In this document: positions 17,775-28,015 of the stretch, one piece after another
Layout of the letters: each line of letters begins with the position of its first letter
Numbering within the stretch: the stretch's first letter is position 1
Source: an uncultured archaeon
GTDB taxonomy: Archaea; Asgardarchaeota; Lokiarchaeia; Sigyniarchaeales; SOKP01
Assembly (NCBI GenBank): GCA_964508365.1
Contig: CAZDTP010000030.1
Span: 1 to 45,817 of the forward strand
DNA: 45,817 bases
Reading direction: 5' to 3'
The notes under the pieces: model-generated
What the model was told of the DNA's origin: nothing
The model's database searches: none
The model's input: the letters and a program-made list of their open reading frames with translations, nothing else
Translations under genes and position numbers: made by a program

Positions 17775-20700
17775 TCATTGAGCTTCTTTTAATAGTAGTA
17801 CAAAATTGCTTCCCTTTGTATAATCTCCTTCAATCCTATTCTCGATAAAAATTTTTCCTCCAAACGTATCCACGATTTTTTTAACGAGGGATAAACCCAT
17901 TCCCATCCCCATTCTTTTATGGGTTTTATCTCGATTGTAAGTCTTTTCAAATAAAGTTTTCTTCTTTTCATCTTCGACACCCTCTCCGTAATCTTTAAAC
18001 TCAATTTTGATAAACTTCGTACCATTATCTTGAACTTTAGAAATGTTGATATCAATTTTAACCTCCGTTTCGTTATTGTTAAACTTCACTGCGTTATTTA
18101 GAATATTATCAAAAATTTCAGCTAAAAGTTCATTTCCGATTACTTTTATATCGTTTGAAAATTCATTAAAATCAATTTTTATATTCCTTTTTTTAAACGA
18201 GGTTTTTATATTTTCAACAGCAGTAATTAATTGTCCGGAAATTTCTATAGGACTTAATTCTCTCTCTTCTTCGTTTATGTCTGAGAGTTTTTTAATATTT
18301 CCAATTAAAGTTGAACCTCTATTTAAGTGGTATTTCAGTATTTCAGAGATATCTCCTAGTTCTTTCAATTGTTCAGGATCATCTCGAAATTTAGAATAGT
18401 ACTCTACTGCTAAAACCATACTTTGAAGGATATTTCTCATGTCGTGAGCAAAGAGATCCTTGTAAAAATTGGCTAGATTGTAAGCTTCTTGAATTTTTTC
18501 TTTGGATTCTACTATTATTTGATTGGTTCTTGTTCGCTCGGTTATATCTATTTCTTGGATAACAGCATTTGTTATCTTACCATAAATATCCAAAATAGGA
18601 AAAATAGAAATATCTACAATAACTTTAGGATACTTCTCTATGGAAATATTTTCAAGATTAGAGCGATCATAAACCATCGTGAATCTAGCAGCTTTACCTT
18701 CATTATAAACAGAATTGACTAAATGCATATGACCTTGTTCTTCTATAAGGTTGTCTTTGAAGATATTATAGATACCTACTATTTCCTCTTCGTTTAAATT
18801 CAATAAGTTTAAACACGCTTGATTTATCCTTATTAAAGTTCCATGTTCATCAGATATCCACGTAGCATATGGGCTTTGGTCAATAACACTATTTAGAAAC
18901 GATTCAGAAATGAGTAGATCTCTTTCTATTTCCTTACGTTTGGTGATGTCAAAAAAAGTAATAACTACACCATTAATGATATTATCTATAGTTCTATAAG
19001 GAGTTATTTTCATTGTATACCAATTGTTATTATTATCTTGAACATCTTGTTCTTTTGGAATTAAGGATTTTAGGACTTCTTCAATATCAATTAGTAAGTT
19101 ATTATATTTTAGATTTGAAGAGATATGTTGGATTGGCCGCCCGATGTCAGAATCAATTAAATTGAGGATTCTGGTAGCAGAAGGAGTAAAAAGATTTGTG
19201 TTAAAATCAAGATCTAAAAAAATCGTACTAATTTCCGTACTTTCCATTAAATTTGCCAAATCATTATTGGCTATTGATAAATCCATGATTCTTGCTTCTA
19301 ATTCCGCATTTACCGTCATTAATTCTTCGTTAACAGATTGTAATTCCTCTTTTGATGTTTGTAATTCCTCGTTAGTACTTTGCAATTCTTCAATTGATGA
19401 TTGTAACTCCTCGTTTGTAGATTTGAGTTCCTCATTTGAAGTTTCAAGCTCCTCTATCGTTGTTTGAAGAGACTGTTTGGTTGAATTTAATTCATCTTCT
19501 AATTGTTTAATCCTCTGTTTTGTTAAATCGTCTATAGATTCGAGTTTTATTTCTATGGATTCCTCTTTTGGTTTTGATAAAATTTTTTCAAAGAGAACCA
19601 TGAACAATCCTTCCATCATTGGAGCTTCAAATATAGGTTTTACGATCAAATTTAATGAGACAGAAGTTCCGTTAGTTTTCACTTTTAGATTTTTATATAT
19701 TACATCTTTTTTCGTTGAATTCGCTTTTCTAAGTGCTGTTGTTAATTCTAATCGAAAACCTTCTCTAGCCATATCAAGAATATTTAAACGAGCATCCCCT
19801 GTAGAAGGTTCAAGAAATTCCCCTGTACGACCGTGAAAATATAGAATCTTATATTCTTTATTAATAATTACAGCGGGAGGAGCGTATTCATTAAGAAGAA
19901 ATTCTTCAATTATTTCATTATAAGAAATTTTTTCCTGCAAACCAGAATCAAGTGGATAATCAGCTTTATAATTATAATCAATTAATGGAGGAAAAAATCT
20001 TTCTCTTTCGCCTATGGGGAGTAATGGTTCTTTACGTTGAAAAATTTTCCACTTTTTTTCTATTACTCTATAATAAGACGAAACCTTAGTGATAGATTCT
20101 GAACTTCCTAGAAATAGAAAACCATTGTCATTTAGAGCATAGTGAAATAGAAGTAACATTTTGTTCTGAATATCAGATAGTAAATAAATTAATAAATTAC
20201 GACATGAGATTAAATCCATTTTTGAAAAGGGGGGATCAGTAATAACATTTTGAGTTGCAAACACAATATCATTCCTTATGCTCTTCTTAATCTGGAGCAT
20301 ATTATCATGTAAGTTAAAGTATTTCTTAATATATTCTGTTGGGATATCCACAGCAACACCATCGGGATATATTCCTTGGCGAGCCTTTTCAATTGCGACA
20401 TCATCTATATCTGTGCCAAAAATTTGTACCTTAATATCCTTTTTTATTCTTTCTTTGTATTCGTTTATCAGTATTGCGATCGAATATGCCTCCTCACCAG
20501 TAGAACACGCTGGAATCCATATTCGTATTATTTTAGCATTTATTTTATTTTTAAAGAGCTCTGGAATTACTTTTTCTTGAAGATGTTTAAAAGCTTCTTT
20601 ATCACGGAAGAAATTCGTAACTCCTATAAGAATTTCTCGAAAAAGGAATTCTAATTCTTTTGGGTTGGTTTCAAGATAAATAACATATTTTTCTATAGTG

Positions 20701-21494
20701 CTTGTTTTAGTTATGGTTATTCGTCGATCAATTCTACGAAGAAGTGTATTATCTTTATAAGCAGAGAATTCGTGTCCTGCGTGAGAACGCAATAAATAGA
20801 ATATTTTCTCGAGATAGTCTTTGGTTTGAAGATTAGGTTTAATAACTTTGCTCTCAATAGAAGAGAATGTCTTTTCTACGAATGCAATTAATTGTTCTGG
20901 AAGCTCTTCAACGGGAAGAATATAATCTACGATAGCGCTATTAATTGCACTTCTGGGCATTCCGTCATACTTTGCAGATGCAGGGTCTTGCACCATTACC
21001 ATTCCTTCTCTTCCCTTAATTTCTCTTAAGCCAAGAGTTCCATCCGTCCCAGTACCTGAAAGCACGATGCATATAGCTTTTTCTTTTTGATCTTCTGCGA
21101 GAGTACGGAAGAAAAAATCGATCGGTAATCGTAAACCTCGAGGGGCAGATGGTTTTAAAATATAAAGTTTTTTTCTCTCTATTTTCAAATCATAATTAGG
21201 AGGAATGATATAAGCATGGTTTGGTTTGACATCCATACCATCTTCTATCTCGACAACATTCATTTTTGTGTATTTTCTGATTAACTCGGTTAAAATACTT
21301 TTATGCGTAGGATCGAGATGAGGGACTAATATAAACGCCATCCCACTATCAGAAGGCATGTTGGAGAAAAATTTTTCAAAAGCTTCTAAACCCCCTGCTG
21401 AAGCTCCTATTCCAACAATTGGAAAGTTAGTTGAATTTTTCTCTTTTTTACCTATTATCTTTTTTTGTGTGTCACTCTTCATTAGTATCCACAT
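17775..21494 (-). CDS. CheB-CheR-coiled coil-PAS-PAS-histidine kinase hybrid protein
   Basis: CheB GASAGG/VPHL/GTGTDG triad; CheR ACSTGEEAY, GTDID, SCRNLLIY; EELQSxNEEL heptads; two PAS domains; HDMRN H-box, NNAVKF, DYGEG, GMGLSLVK. Confidence 0.92.
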   Translation of the reverse strand: MWILMKSDTQKKIIGKKEKNSTNFPIVGIGASAGGLEAFEKFFSNMPSDSGMAFILVPHLDPTHKSILTELIRKYTKMNVVEIEDGMDVKPNHAYIIPPNYDLKIERKKLYILKPSAPRGLRLPIDFFFRTLAEDQKEKAICIVLSGTGTDGTLGLREIKGREGMVMVQDPASAKYDGMPRSAINSAIVDYILPVEELPEQLIAFVEKTFSSIESKVIKPNLQTKDYLEKIFYLLRSHAGHEFSAYKDNTLLRRIDRRITITKTSTIEKYVIYLETNPKELEFLFREILIGVTNFFRDKEAFKHLQEKVIPELFKNKINAKIIRIWIPACSTGEEAYSIAILINEYKERIKKDIKVQIFGTDIDDVAIEKARQGIYPDGVAVDIPTEYIKKYFNLHDNMLQIKKSIRNDIVFATQNVITDPPFSKMDLISCRNLLIYLLSDIQNKMLLLFHYALNDNGFLFLGSSESITKVSSYYRVIEKKWKIFQRKEPLLPIGERERFFPPLIDYNYKADYPLDSGLQEKISYNEIIEEFLLNEYAPPAVIINKEYKILYFHGRTGEFLEPSTGDARLNILDMAREGFRLELTTALRKANSTKKDVIYKNLKVKTNGTSVSLNLIVKPIFEAPMMEGLFMVLFEKILSKPKEESIEIKLESIDDLTKQRIKQLEDELNSTKQSLQTTIEELETSNEELKSTNEELQSSIEELQSTNEELQTSKEELQSVNEELMTVNAELEARIMDLSIANNDLANLMESTEISTIFLDLDFNTNLFTPSATRILNLIDSDIGRPIQHISSNLKYNNLLIDIEEVLKSLIPKEQDVQDNNNNWYTMKITPYRTIDNIINGVVITFFDITKRKEIERDLLISESFLNSVIDQSPYATWISDEHGTLIRINQACLNLLNLNEEEIVGIYNIFKDNLIEEQGHMHLVNSVYNEGKAARFTMVYDRSNLENISIEKYPKVIVDISIFPILDIYGKITNAVIQEIDITERTRTNQIIVESKEKIQEAYNLANFYKDLFAHDMRNILQSMVLAVEYYSKFRDDPEQLKELGDISEILKYHLNRGSTLIGNIKKLSDINEEERELSPIEISGQLITAVENIKTSFKKRNIKIDFNEFSNDIKVIGNELLAEIFDNILNNAVKFNNNETEVKIDINISKVQDNGTKFIKIEFKDYGEGVEDEKKKTLFEKTYNRDKTHKRMGMGMGLSLVKKIVDTFGGKIFIENRIEGDYTKGSNFVLLLKEAQ

Positions 21495-21898
21495 AATGAA
21501 TATAAGTTAGTCTTTTTAAATCCATTTAGTGTCAGAAAACTTTTGCATTCAACGCTTCTTTAACTTTTATTATCAACTTATGATCTTATCGATCACCTTT
21601 TGTTCATTAATCTTCGTGTCACATATATCTAAGCTTCATCATCAAATGGCATTTTCAGTATAGCAAGTATATTTCAATCGTTATCAACTAAAAACATAGC
21701 CCTTATAAAAAATAAGCTTGAGGGAAGGGAATCATGATGTTATAATGCTAATAGTAGTATTTGGTATTTGTGTTATAAATTTTAGAATTATAAGTTTAAA
21801 TTAATATTAGAAATTTTAAATAATCATAAATAATGAAAGAGGAGTGAAGACAAAGTCATAAAATATTTATGTTAAATACAATATTAGTTACTTAACTA

Positions 21899-22612
21899 AT
21901 GAAGACAAAAACGGAAAAAAACGACCAAGAGTCGTGCCAATCCACTATAAATCCCAGCGAGTGGAAGGGAAGAACAATAGAAATTGACGATGCTGGGACG
22001 GGTGATCTCGTTGGGAATGCATTTATTGGATTTCATGATACGAGCACGGGAAGAATTATATTTCAAACGGTTCCAGTTGACCTCTATAAAGAAGATGAGG
22101 ATAAGAAGAACCATATTCTAAAACCGAAGGAACAGATTCTTAAAGTTGTTATAAAAGCTCTTAGAATTCTTAATCACAACAAGGGTGATAGAATACTTCT
22201 ATGTCGGGGTAATTGTTTTGATCTTGTTAGAGAATATTTTGACGAGAACAAGATATATTACGAGCCGGCAATTGTCGAAGGAGAGCTCCAGGACGCTGTG
22301 GAGGGCAGATTTCTTCAACACCTCAGAAATTTAGGAGTACGCTCGAAAAATCTTACGATGGACTCAGGGATCAAGAGATATTTTATCTTGTTTAACTGGG
22401 TATGTAGGGACTTCCCAAATCGGGAGCGTTACGTTAAGACGGGCTTCCCAGCGTGGAAAAGGAAATGGCGTAAGATTGCTTTGGAGAGATACCAAACAAA
22501 AATACCTAATTCTCGGAGAAGGGAATTAATTGAGCAAAGAGCTAATGAAATCTATAAAGTTATGCTTGAGAAATCTATTTCTGTAAGAGAGACAGTCTCT
22601 CAGAGAAGATAA
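21899..22612 (+). CDS. Conserved hypothetical protein with an acidic DDAGxG motif (possible RNase H-like fold)
   Basis: Long clean ORF; IEIDDAGTGDLVG resembles the RNase HII DEAGRG motif; LLCRGNCFD and VKTGF motifs. Confidence 0.55.
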   Translation: MKTKTEKNDQESCQSTINPSEWKGRTIEIDDAGTGDLVGNAFIGFHDTSTGRIIFQTVPVDLYKEDEDKKNHILKPKEQILKVVIKALRILNHNKGDRILLCRGNCFDLVREYFDENKIYYEPAIVEGELQDAVEGRFLQHLRNLGVRSKNLTMDSGIKRYFILFNWVCRDFPNRERYVKTGFPAWKRKWRKIALERYQTKIPNSRRRELIEQRANEIYKVMLEKSISVRETVSQRR

Positions 22613-22891
22613 GATTCCAAGTATTTATAGAATAAATCTTTATTTTTGTTTGAAAAACAATTCCTTAAACTTATTTTATTTAAATTTGGATAATTCTTTT
22701 TTATTACTATTATTAAAAAAATATATATTTATGTTCCTCTTTGAACCAGCTGTAACTCTTACTATATGAGTATACTATCTGGTCCCGTAAAATACACTAT
22801 TAAAAGGAAACTACTACGACAGAGACAAAAAGCAGAGGGATTAAATAACTAATAAAAAATAGAACATTATAATTCTAAAGGTGAATAAAGT

Positions 22892-23122
22892 ATAAATAAA
22901 AGCGATTTAGAGAAATTTTTTATCAGATTGGAGGAATTATTAGAAACTAATGGGTGTAATGCGCGCGATTTAACCAATGCAGAAATTATATTGAAAGAAA
23001 TGAATATACCTAAAGACGAGCAGGAAGAATTTTTAGAGGATTGTAGATATTCTGGCGGATTTTGCGATTGTGAAATTTTTTTAAACTCCGAAGATTATTT
23101 GAGGGAGAAATACGATAAATAA
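22892..23122 (+). CDS. DUF2695-like small protein
   Basis: GGFCDCEIFLN motif plus upstream Cys; canonical TTG at 22928, but frame is open from ATA 22892, 7 nt after AGGTGA. Confidence 0.75.
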   Translation: MNKSDLEKFFIRLEELLETNGCNARDLTNAEIILKEMNIPKDEQEEFLEDCRYSGGFCDCEIFLNSEDYLREKYDK

Positions 23123-23307
23123 TAATTGTTTTCTAGATGGAAAACAATTGCTTTATTTGAGTGATTATAGTTGTATCGCATTAATTTTTCTTTAAAACCA
23201 AAGTGGACCAATAAAGTATATTAATCCCGGAGTAGAAATACTTATAACATTAATTAGTATATAGGTTTAAAAAAAGTGAATCCAAATAGGAAAAAATGAG
23301 TTGAGGA

Positions 23308-23871
23308 ATGATGGGAGAAAGAAAAGTTTCAGTTTTTAGCGTTTTAGTACTTATTGTAGGACTTTCAGGCTTAGGAGTTGGAGCGTATTCGCTGTATAAT
23401 TACCAGCAACTTATTAGTCAGCTGGAACCTCAGGTGGAACCCCCTAAGCCGTTAGCAAGAGCTTTTCTAAGTTCAAATTACGCAATCTCGAACAGTAGCT
23501 GGAAGGTCGTTAATTTTACTGTCTTAGATTATGACACGACAGGTGACTTTAACATTACATCAGACAGGTTTATATGTCCGACTTCGGGGTATTACCTCAT
23601 TTCGGCAATGCTTATGTTTAGCACTATGTACGATACGGAGATAATATTTTTGGCAGCGGCTAGAGGAGGCGTTGTAGAAGCGGGAAGTTCTGCACAAGCG
23701 TCTGAAACAAACAGTTTAGCAACGGGTTTTACAGATATCTTATATTTAAACGTGTCAGATTACGTTGAGCTGTTGGCGTATCATACAGGGAGTGCTCCAA
23801 GGACGATTTATGGAGATTCAACAGGCGCTTACACTTACTTTACGATAGCAGCTACAGATATTTTAAATTAA
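23308..23871 (+). CDS. Membrane-anchored C1q/TNF-like domain protein
   Basis: N-terminal TM helix (VLIVGLSGLGVGAY), then VNF..YDTTGDFN....FICPTSGYYLI...LYLNVSDYVEL...YFT C1q pattern. Confidence 0.75.
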   Translation: MMGERKVSVFSVLVLIVGLSGLGVGAYSLYNYQQLISQLEPQVEPPKPLARAFLSSNYAISNSSWKVVNFTVLDYDTTGDFNITSDRFICPTSGYYLISAMLMFSTMYDTEIIFLAAARGGVVEAGSSAQASETNSLATGFTDILYLNVSDYVELLAYHTGSAPRTIYGDSTGAYTYFTIAATDILN

Positions 23872-23954
23872 TAACATTTTTTTTATTAAAACATTCAGAG
23901 GGGGAATTTAATTTCTGAAACTGAGGAATCTAAAAAGCTAGATGGAATTAAAAA

Positions 23955-24557
23955 TTAAAAATCGTAATCAAGAGAAAATGTTCGACCGATCCACTCTTGA
24001 AGATTTTCAGTAGGTCCTAGCTTTCCGTCAGAAATGTTAAGGTTTCGATAATCTTTCATTATTTCGGAAAAATCAGTGACTTTAATTAAAGCCCCATCTG
24101 AAATCTTTAATTCAATAACAGTTTTAAAAGATAGAGGGCTTTGGAATCCCATGTGAACGTACATGGAGTCTATGAAGTCTTTAGCGATTAAAATTTTACC
24201 CGTGAATTGAGTTTTAAACTTTAAACTTTTATAGGTAAGGTGGAGTAATCCTTCCTTTTTAGTCTCTGGATTTACGCCATTGATTAGGGGAGGTTTTTTC
24301 TTCAGATTCTTAACAGTCACGTTCATTTCCTGTACGAATAAACAATTCTCGGCGATCATATAAGTCATTATGAAACCCCGCCAATTTGCTGTATGTGGAG
24401 AAATTGGTTCTAAACCATAATCGAAGGGTGATGGTAATCCTTCGCCTTTAAGGCCCACTATGGAATACGAGCTTTTGTTATAAATTAAATTATCTGGTAC
24501 TTGTCCTGTCATTTTTATGATCAGCAAGTAATAATTATATTTTCTTAAATTACTCAT
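23955..24557 (-). CDS. Conserved hypothetical protein
   Basis: MTGQVPD...PFDYGLEP..PHTANWRGF pattern; probable start ATG 24512. Confidence 0.6.
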   Translation of the reverse strand: MSNLRKYNYYLLIIKMTGQVPDNLIYNKSSYSIVGLKGEGLPSPFDYGLEPISPHTANWRGFIMTYMIAENCLFVQEMNVTVKNLKKKPPLINGVNPETKKEGLLHLTYKSLKFKTQFTGKILIAKDFIDSMYVHMGFQSPLSFKTVIELKISDGALIKVTDFSEIMKDYRNLNISDGKLGPTENLQEWIGRTFSLDYDF

Positions 24558-24632
24558 ATCTTCAAAAATCTTTAAGCTTATTGAAAAGGAAAATGGAAAT
24601 TAAATTTGAGTTATAATATCTTTTGAAATTAC

Positions 24633-25850
24633 TTAAACTATGGAAAATATAAGAGCTGAGATAAAAAGGACGATGCTAACCATTAAAAATACTCCTCCAA
24701 AAGAAAAAGCGATTAAAACATATCCACTTAGGATAGGGCCAATAGTTTGTCCTATGTCCATTATTGTACTCAGAGTTCCAATTGCGGTGCCATAATCTTC
24801 TTTTTTAGAATGATCTGATATATAAGCGGCGGTAGAAGATATTACCATGGCCATACCGATTCCAAATCCGCAAAGTATCAAAATTACCCAGAGATAATTG
24901 GTCGTAATTGGTATCATCCACGATACACCACCCCCTAGTAGGAGCCCAACGAGAATAATTAAGCGGCGCCCAACCTTGTCTGAAAGATATCCCATTAAGG
25001 GTTTGAACCCAACAAGCATCAATGTTAAGAGTGCCGGAATTAGTCCAATCAACCATGCGTCGAAATGAAGCGAGTTGGCATACAATATCACATAAGCTTC
25101 AATAATTCCGAAGGCAAAATATTGGCTAGCTTGAACGATGGAGGTTGATAGTATGATCTTATGGGTAAGGGCTTCTTTAATTCCTCTCACGAATTCTTTT
25201 ATTGTTAGTGAAGACCTTTCCGTTGCTTGTTTGAATTCAGTTTGTGTAATTCGATCTCGATAAAAGAACACTGTAAGCGTTAGTGCAATAGTTCCTGAAA
25301 TCGCACATCCAATGTAGACGCCATAATAATAATTCGTTGTTATAAAGAGAATTGTTCCTCCAGTTATAGGTGCTAGGAAGCGTCCCACAAGAGTAATTGA
25401 AGAAAAAGAGGAGATATACTTTCCTTTGTTATCCGGATACGATTCAGCAATAGCAGCCATGGCTACAGGAGCGAAAATTGCAGTTGAAAAGCCGTGATAG
25501 AAACGAATTATCATCAAAATCCATATATTAATCGCAAAAAGATAAAAAAAGGGGGCGCTCGCAAAGATTACGGTCGAAACGAGAATAAGTTTCCTTCGGC
25601 CATACATGTCTGATAATCGTCCAGCGATCATGCTAACTAAAATTCCTGGAACGGTAGAAGCCGCAATAACATAGCCAATAAATTGCATCTCGAATTCTGA
25701 AGTAATTAACGATTCTGCGAAGAGAGGTAAAATTGGGCTTTTGGACATTGTAGAACTAAACAACGCAAAAAACCCGATAAAGCTGACAATAAAAAAAGAG
25801 ATTATTTTAAGGTTTTTGACACCTTTTTTATCTTCTATTCCGTTGGTCAT
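24633..25850 (-). CDS. MFS transporter
   Basis: AGRLSDMYGRRKL and GYLSDKVGRR motif A in both halves; ATG overlaps the chrB-like stop (ATGA). Confidence 0.93.
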   Translation of the reverse strand: MTNGIEDKKGVKNLKIISFFIVSFIGFFALFSSTMSKSPILPLFAESLITSEFEMQFIGYVIAASTVPGILVSMIAGRLSDMYGRRKLILVSTVIFASAPFFYLFAINIWILMIIRFYHGFSTAIFAPVAMAAIAESYPDNKGKYISSFSSITLVGRFLAPITGGTILFITTNYYYGVYIGCAISGTIALTLTVFFYRDRITQTEFKQATERSSLTIKEFVRGIKEALTHKIILSTSIVQASQYFAFGIIEAYVILYANSLHFDAWLIGLIPALLTLMLVGFKPLMGYLSDKVGRRLIILVGLLLGGGVSWMIPITTNYLWVILILCGFGIGMAMVISSTAAYISDHSKKEDYGTAIGTLSTIMDIGQTIGPILSGYVLIAFSFGGVFLMVSIVLFISALIFSIV

Positions 25851-26380
25851 AGGGACTCATTGAGTTTTTGTTTTATGAATGCATGCCTTTCTGGTCGCGT
25901 TTTGATTTTCTCTATTTCATCTTTATATTTTTCACGGATTATTTGTTGTTTAAAGTATGTGTATACGGCGTCGTAAACTGGAAATTCCTTTTCCAATGCT
26001 TCGTGATCTGAATCTACTAAAAAGGGAGTTCCAACTGCCACAAGTTCTAAAGCCCACGCCATAGGTTCCTCATTTATACCTCCCGTATCTGCAGCTCTAA
26101 CAAGGTTTCTAACTTTTTGCAATGCGTCATCGTTTTCGAGCTCATAATTTTCCACGATGGCATCAAACGTGCAATGTTTCTCACCGTTGCATACATGGTG
26201 ATCAAGTTCTACTCCCGTACCAGCAGTATCAAATGGAATTGCTCCAGTGTTCGCTACGAAATCAGATATTTCATCTCTTGGCAGGAAAACGAATTGAGCG
26301 CGTTTATCAACGAATCTTTTGATTAACCAGGGGCTAGCTACCCTATCAATATGTACATAATCTCGAGTTACCCATATCAT
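25847..26380 (-). CDS. chrB: Chromate-resistance ChrB-domain protein
   Basis: WVTR..VHIDRVASPWLIKRFVD, GAIPFD, CTFDA and VRAADT motifs. Confidence 0.82.
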   Translation of the reverse strand: MIWVTRDYVHIDRVASPWLIKRFVDKRAQFVFLPRDEISDFVANTGAIPFDTAGTGVELDHHVCNGEKHCTFDAIVENYELENDDALQKVRNLVRAADTGGINEEPMAWALELVAVGTPFLVDSDHEALEKEFPVYDAVYTYFKQQIIREKYKDEIEKIKTRPERHAFIKQKLNESL

Positions 26381-26446
26381 TTTTTTTTCAGTTTTTATTT
26401 AGTTTTACTTCGGTATCTATTAAATTATTAAATTAATTTAAATTTT

Positions 26447-26584
26447 TTATATACGCAATTTAGTTCCATATTCCTGGCAAAAAGCGTTAGTTTGGTTATT
26501 ATTTTCTCCGCAACTTGGGTATAACAAAATTGGACAGTTAAGATGAGTTAATCGGGATTTTATCGCTTTGAAAAAGAGATAAAA
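26447..26584 (-). pseudogene. Remnant of a zinc-ribbon domain gene
   Basis: Frame ends YPSCGENNNQTNAFCQEYGTKLRI*, a CPxCG...FCxxCGxKL ribbon with two Cys codons changed to Tyr; no start codon. Confidence 0.5.
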
Positions 26585-26673
26585 CTATTGGACTATAAAT
26601 AAGTTAAATAGATCATTTTCATAATCAAATATAGAATGTAAAATCTTTAATAATACAACATTTATGATGAAAA

Positions 26674-27084
26674 ATGGATACTTTAGTAGTGTATTATTCG
26701 ATCTTTGGGAATAATGAGGGTATCGCCACTAACATCGCGCAAGTTTATAATTACGATATTATGGAGTTCAATCCAGGTACCTTCTTTCGTGTTTTTCAAT
26801 TCTTCATGAGGAAGAAACGCTTAGCCAAAAAAGCGAAACAGATTGATATCAAAAAATGTACTAATTTAATTATCTGTGGACCTATTTGGGCTGGTAAGCC
26901 AGCACCAGCGATAATAAAACTCTTGGAGAATATTGGAATAAAAAATAAAAACATTAGCTGTAACTTTACCTATACTCAAGATTATGGTGAGACAGAAACC
27001 CAGATTAAGGATTTAATCACCACAAATGGTGGAAATCCTCAAGAGATTATTTTTTGGAATATTGCCAATAAAAAGGATGCTTAA
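26674..27084 (+). CDS. Flavodoxin-like protein
   Basis: LVVYYSIFGNNEGIA FMN-loop variant; LIICGPIWAGKPAP. Confidence 0.75.
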   Translation: MDTLVVYYSIFGNNEGIATNIAQVYNYDIMEFNPGTFFRVFQFFMRKKRLAKKAKQIDIKKCTNLIICGPIWAGKPAPAIIKLLENIGIKNKNISCNFTYTQDYGETETQIKDLITTNGGNPQEIIFWNIANKKDA

Positions 27085-27133
27085 ATAGTAATAAATATAT
27101 CAAATGATTTAAATCGAGGTTTTTCTTAAGAAA

Positions 27134-27787
27134 ATGAATCGAGAGCTTTTTAAGATTTGGGCCATCAATAGTTTTTTATTAATGGTGCTACTCAGTGTTA
27201 CCATTTTCTTTTGGGATTTTTATTCTGGCGCCGATACGCAAGGATTTGGCGTAATTGAACCTTATTATGGAATGGGAATGTTCTATGTTTACATGATTTC
27301 CTTTTTTAGCAGTTTAATCGTAATATATGCGATTATTAAGAGTAAAGTCTTTGGTATGGGGTTTTATTTGTGGCTTCCTTACGCAGTTATCGGTTTTTTT
27401 GTAGAAGCGTATTTCGAATTAAATGTGCTAATTAGTATTTGGGCAGTAATAGGGTATAGCGCTTTTGGTTTAATTACGGGATTTTCGGCAGATCTTTGTT
27501 TTAAATTGCTAAACGATAATACTAAAATAAACCAGAGCGTAATTGCGGGTATTTCAGGATTATTTATGAGTCTTGTCTATTTCATTTTGACAGTAATAGC
27601 ATTGGGTTTCTTTTATAAGGTAGGATGGGGAGCGGGTTCATTTACTGAACCGGGGTCTTTTTTAGGAGTGGCTTACTTCTGTTTCCCATGGATGCTAATT
27701 AATGCCTTTTTCGGAGGATTTACAGCTTTTTGTATTCATATGTTTAAACATTATCGTAACGCTTCGTTTCTGGTATCTCCAGGATAA
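27134..27787 (+). CDS. Hypothetical polytopic membrane protein
   Basis: 217 aa, 5-6 hydrophobic segments, no motif recognised. Confidence 0.65.
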   Translation: MNRELFKIWAINSFLLMVLLSVTIFFWDFYSGADTQGFGVIEPYYGMGMFYVYMISFFSSLIVIYAIIKSKVFGMGFYLWLPYAVIGFFVEAYFELNVLISIWAVIGYSAFGLITGFSADLCFKLLNDNTKINQSVIAGISGLFMSLVYFILTVIALGFFYKVGWGAGSFTEPGSFLGVAYFCFPWMLINAFFGGFTAFCIHMFKHYRNASFLVSPG

Positions 27788-27829
27788 AATTTAACCACTA
27801 AAAGAAATGTTTTAAAAAAATAGAAATTT

Positions 27830-28015
27830 TCACAGAAATTTGTCCATGAGGTATCTCTTTGCCTTTATATTAGTTATGCTAAAATCTAAAGTATCAATGA
27901 TATGTTGAGCTTGGTCATTAGCGATGATTCTTGCTTCCTTTTCATCTTTAGCGCTTATTTTGAATTTTCTATATGGAAAAATGTGGAATTTTACCGTAAC
28001 ATCATATTCTGGCAA
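27830..28015 (-). CDS. Small hypothetical protein
   Basis: TTG start after GAGGGA SD; YDVTVKF...ISAKDEKEARIIA beta-beta-alpha pattern. Confidence 0.6.
   Translation of the reverse strand: MPEYDVTVKFHIFPYRKFKISAKDEKEARIIANDQAQHIIDTLDFSITNIKAKRYLMDKFL

Noticed and set aside
19300-19500. 21-nt periodicity in the CheBR gene (EELQSxNEEL heptads)
   Set aside because: Standard coiled-coil feature of CheB/CheR fusion proteins, not a separate repeat element
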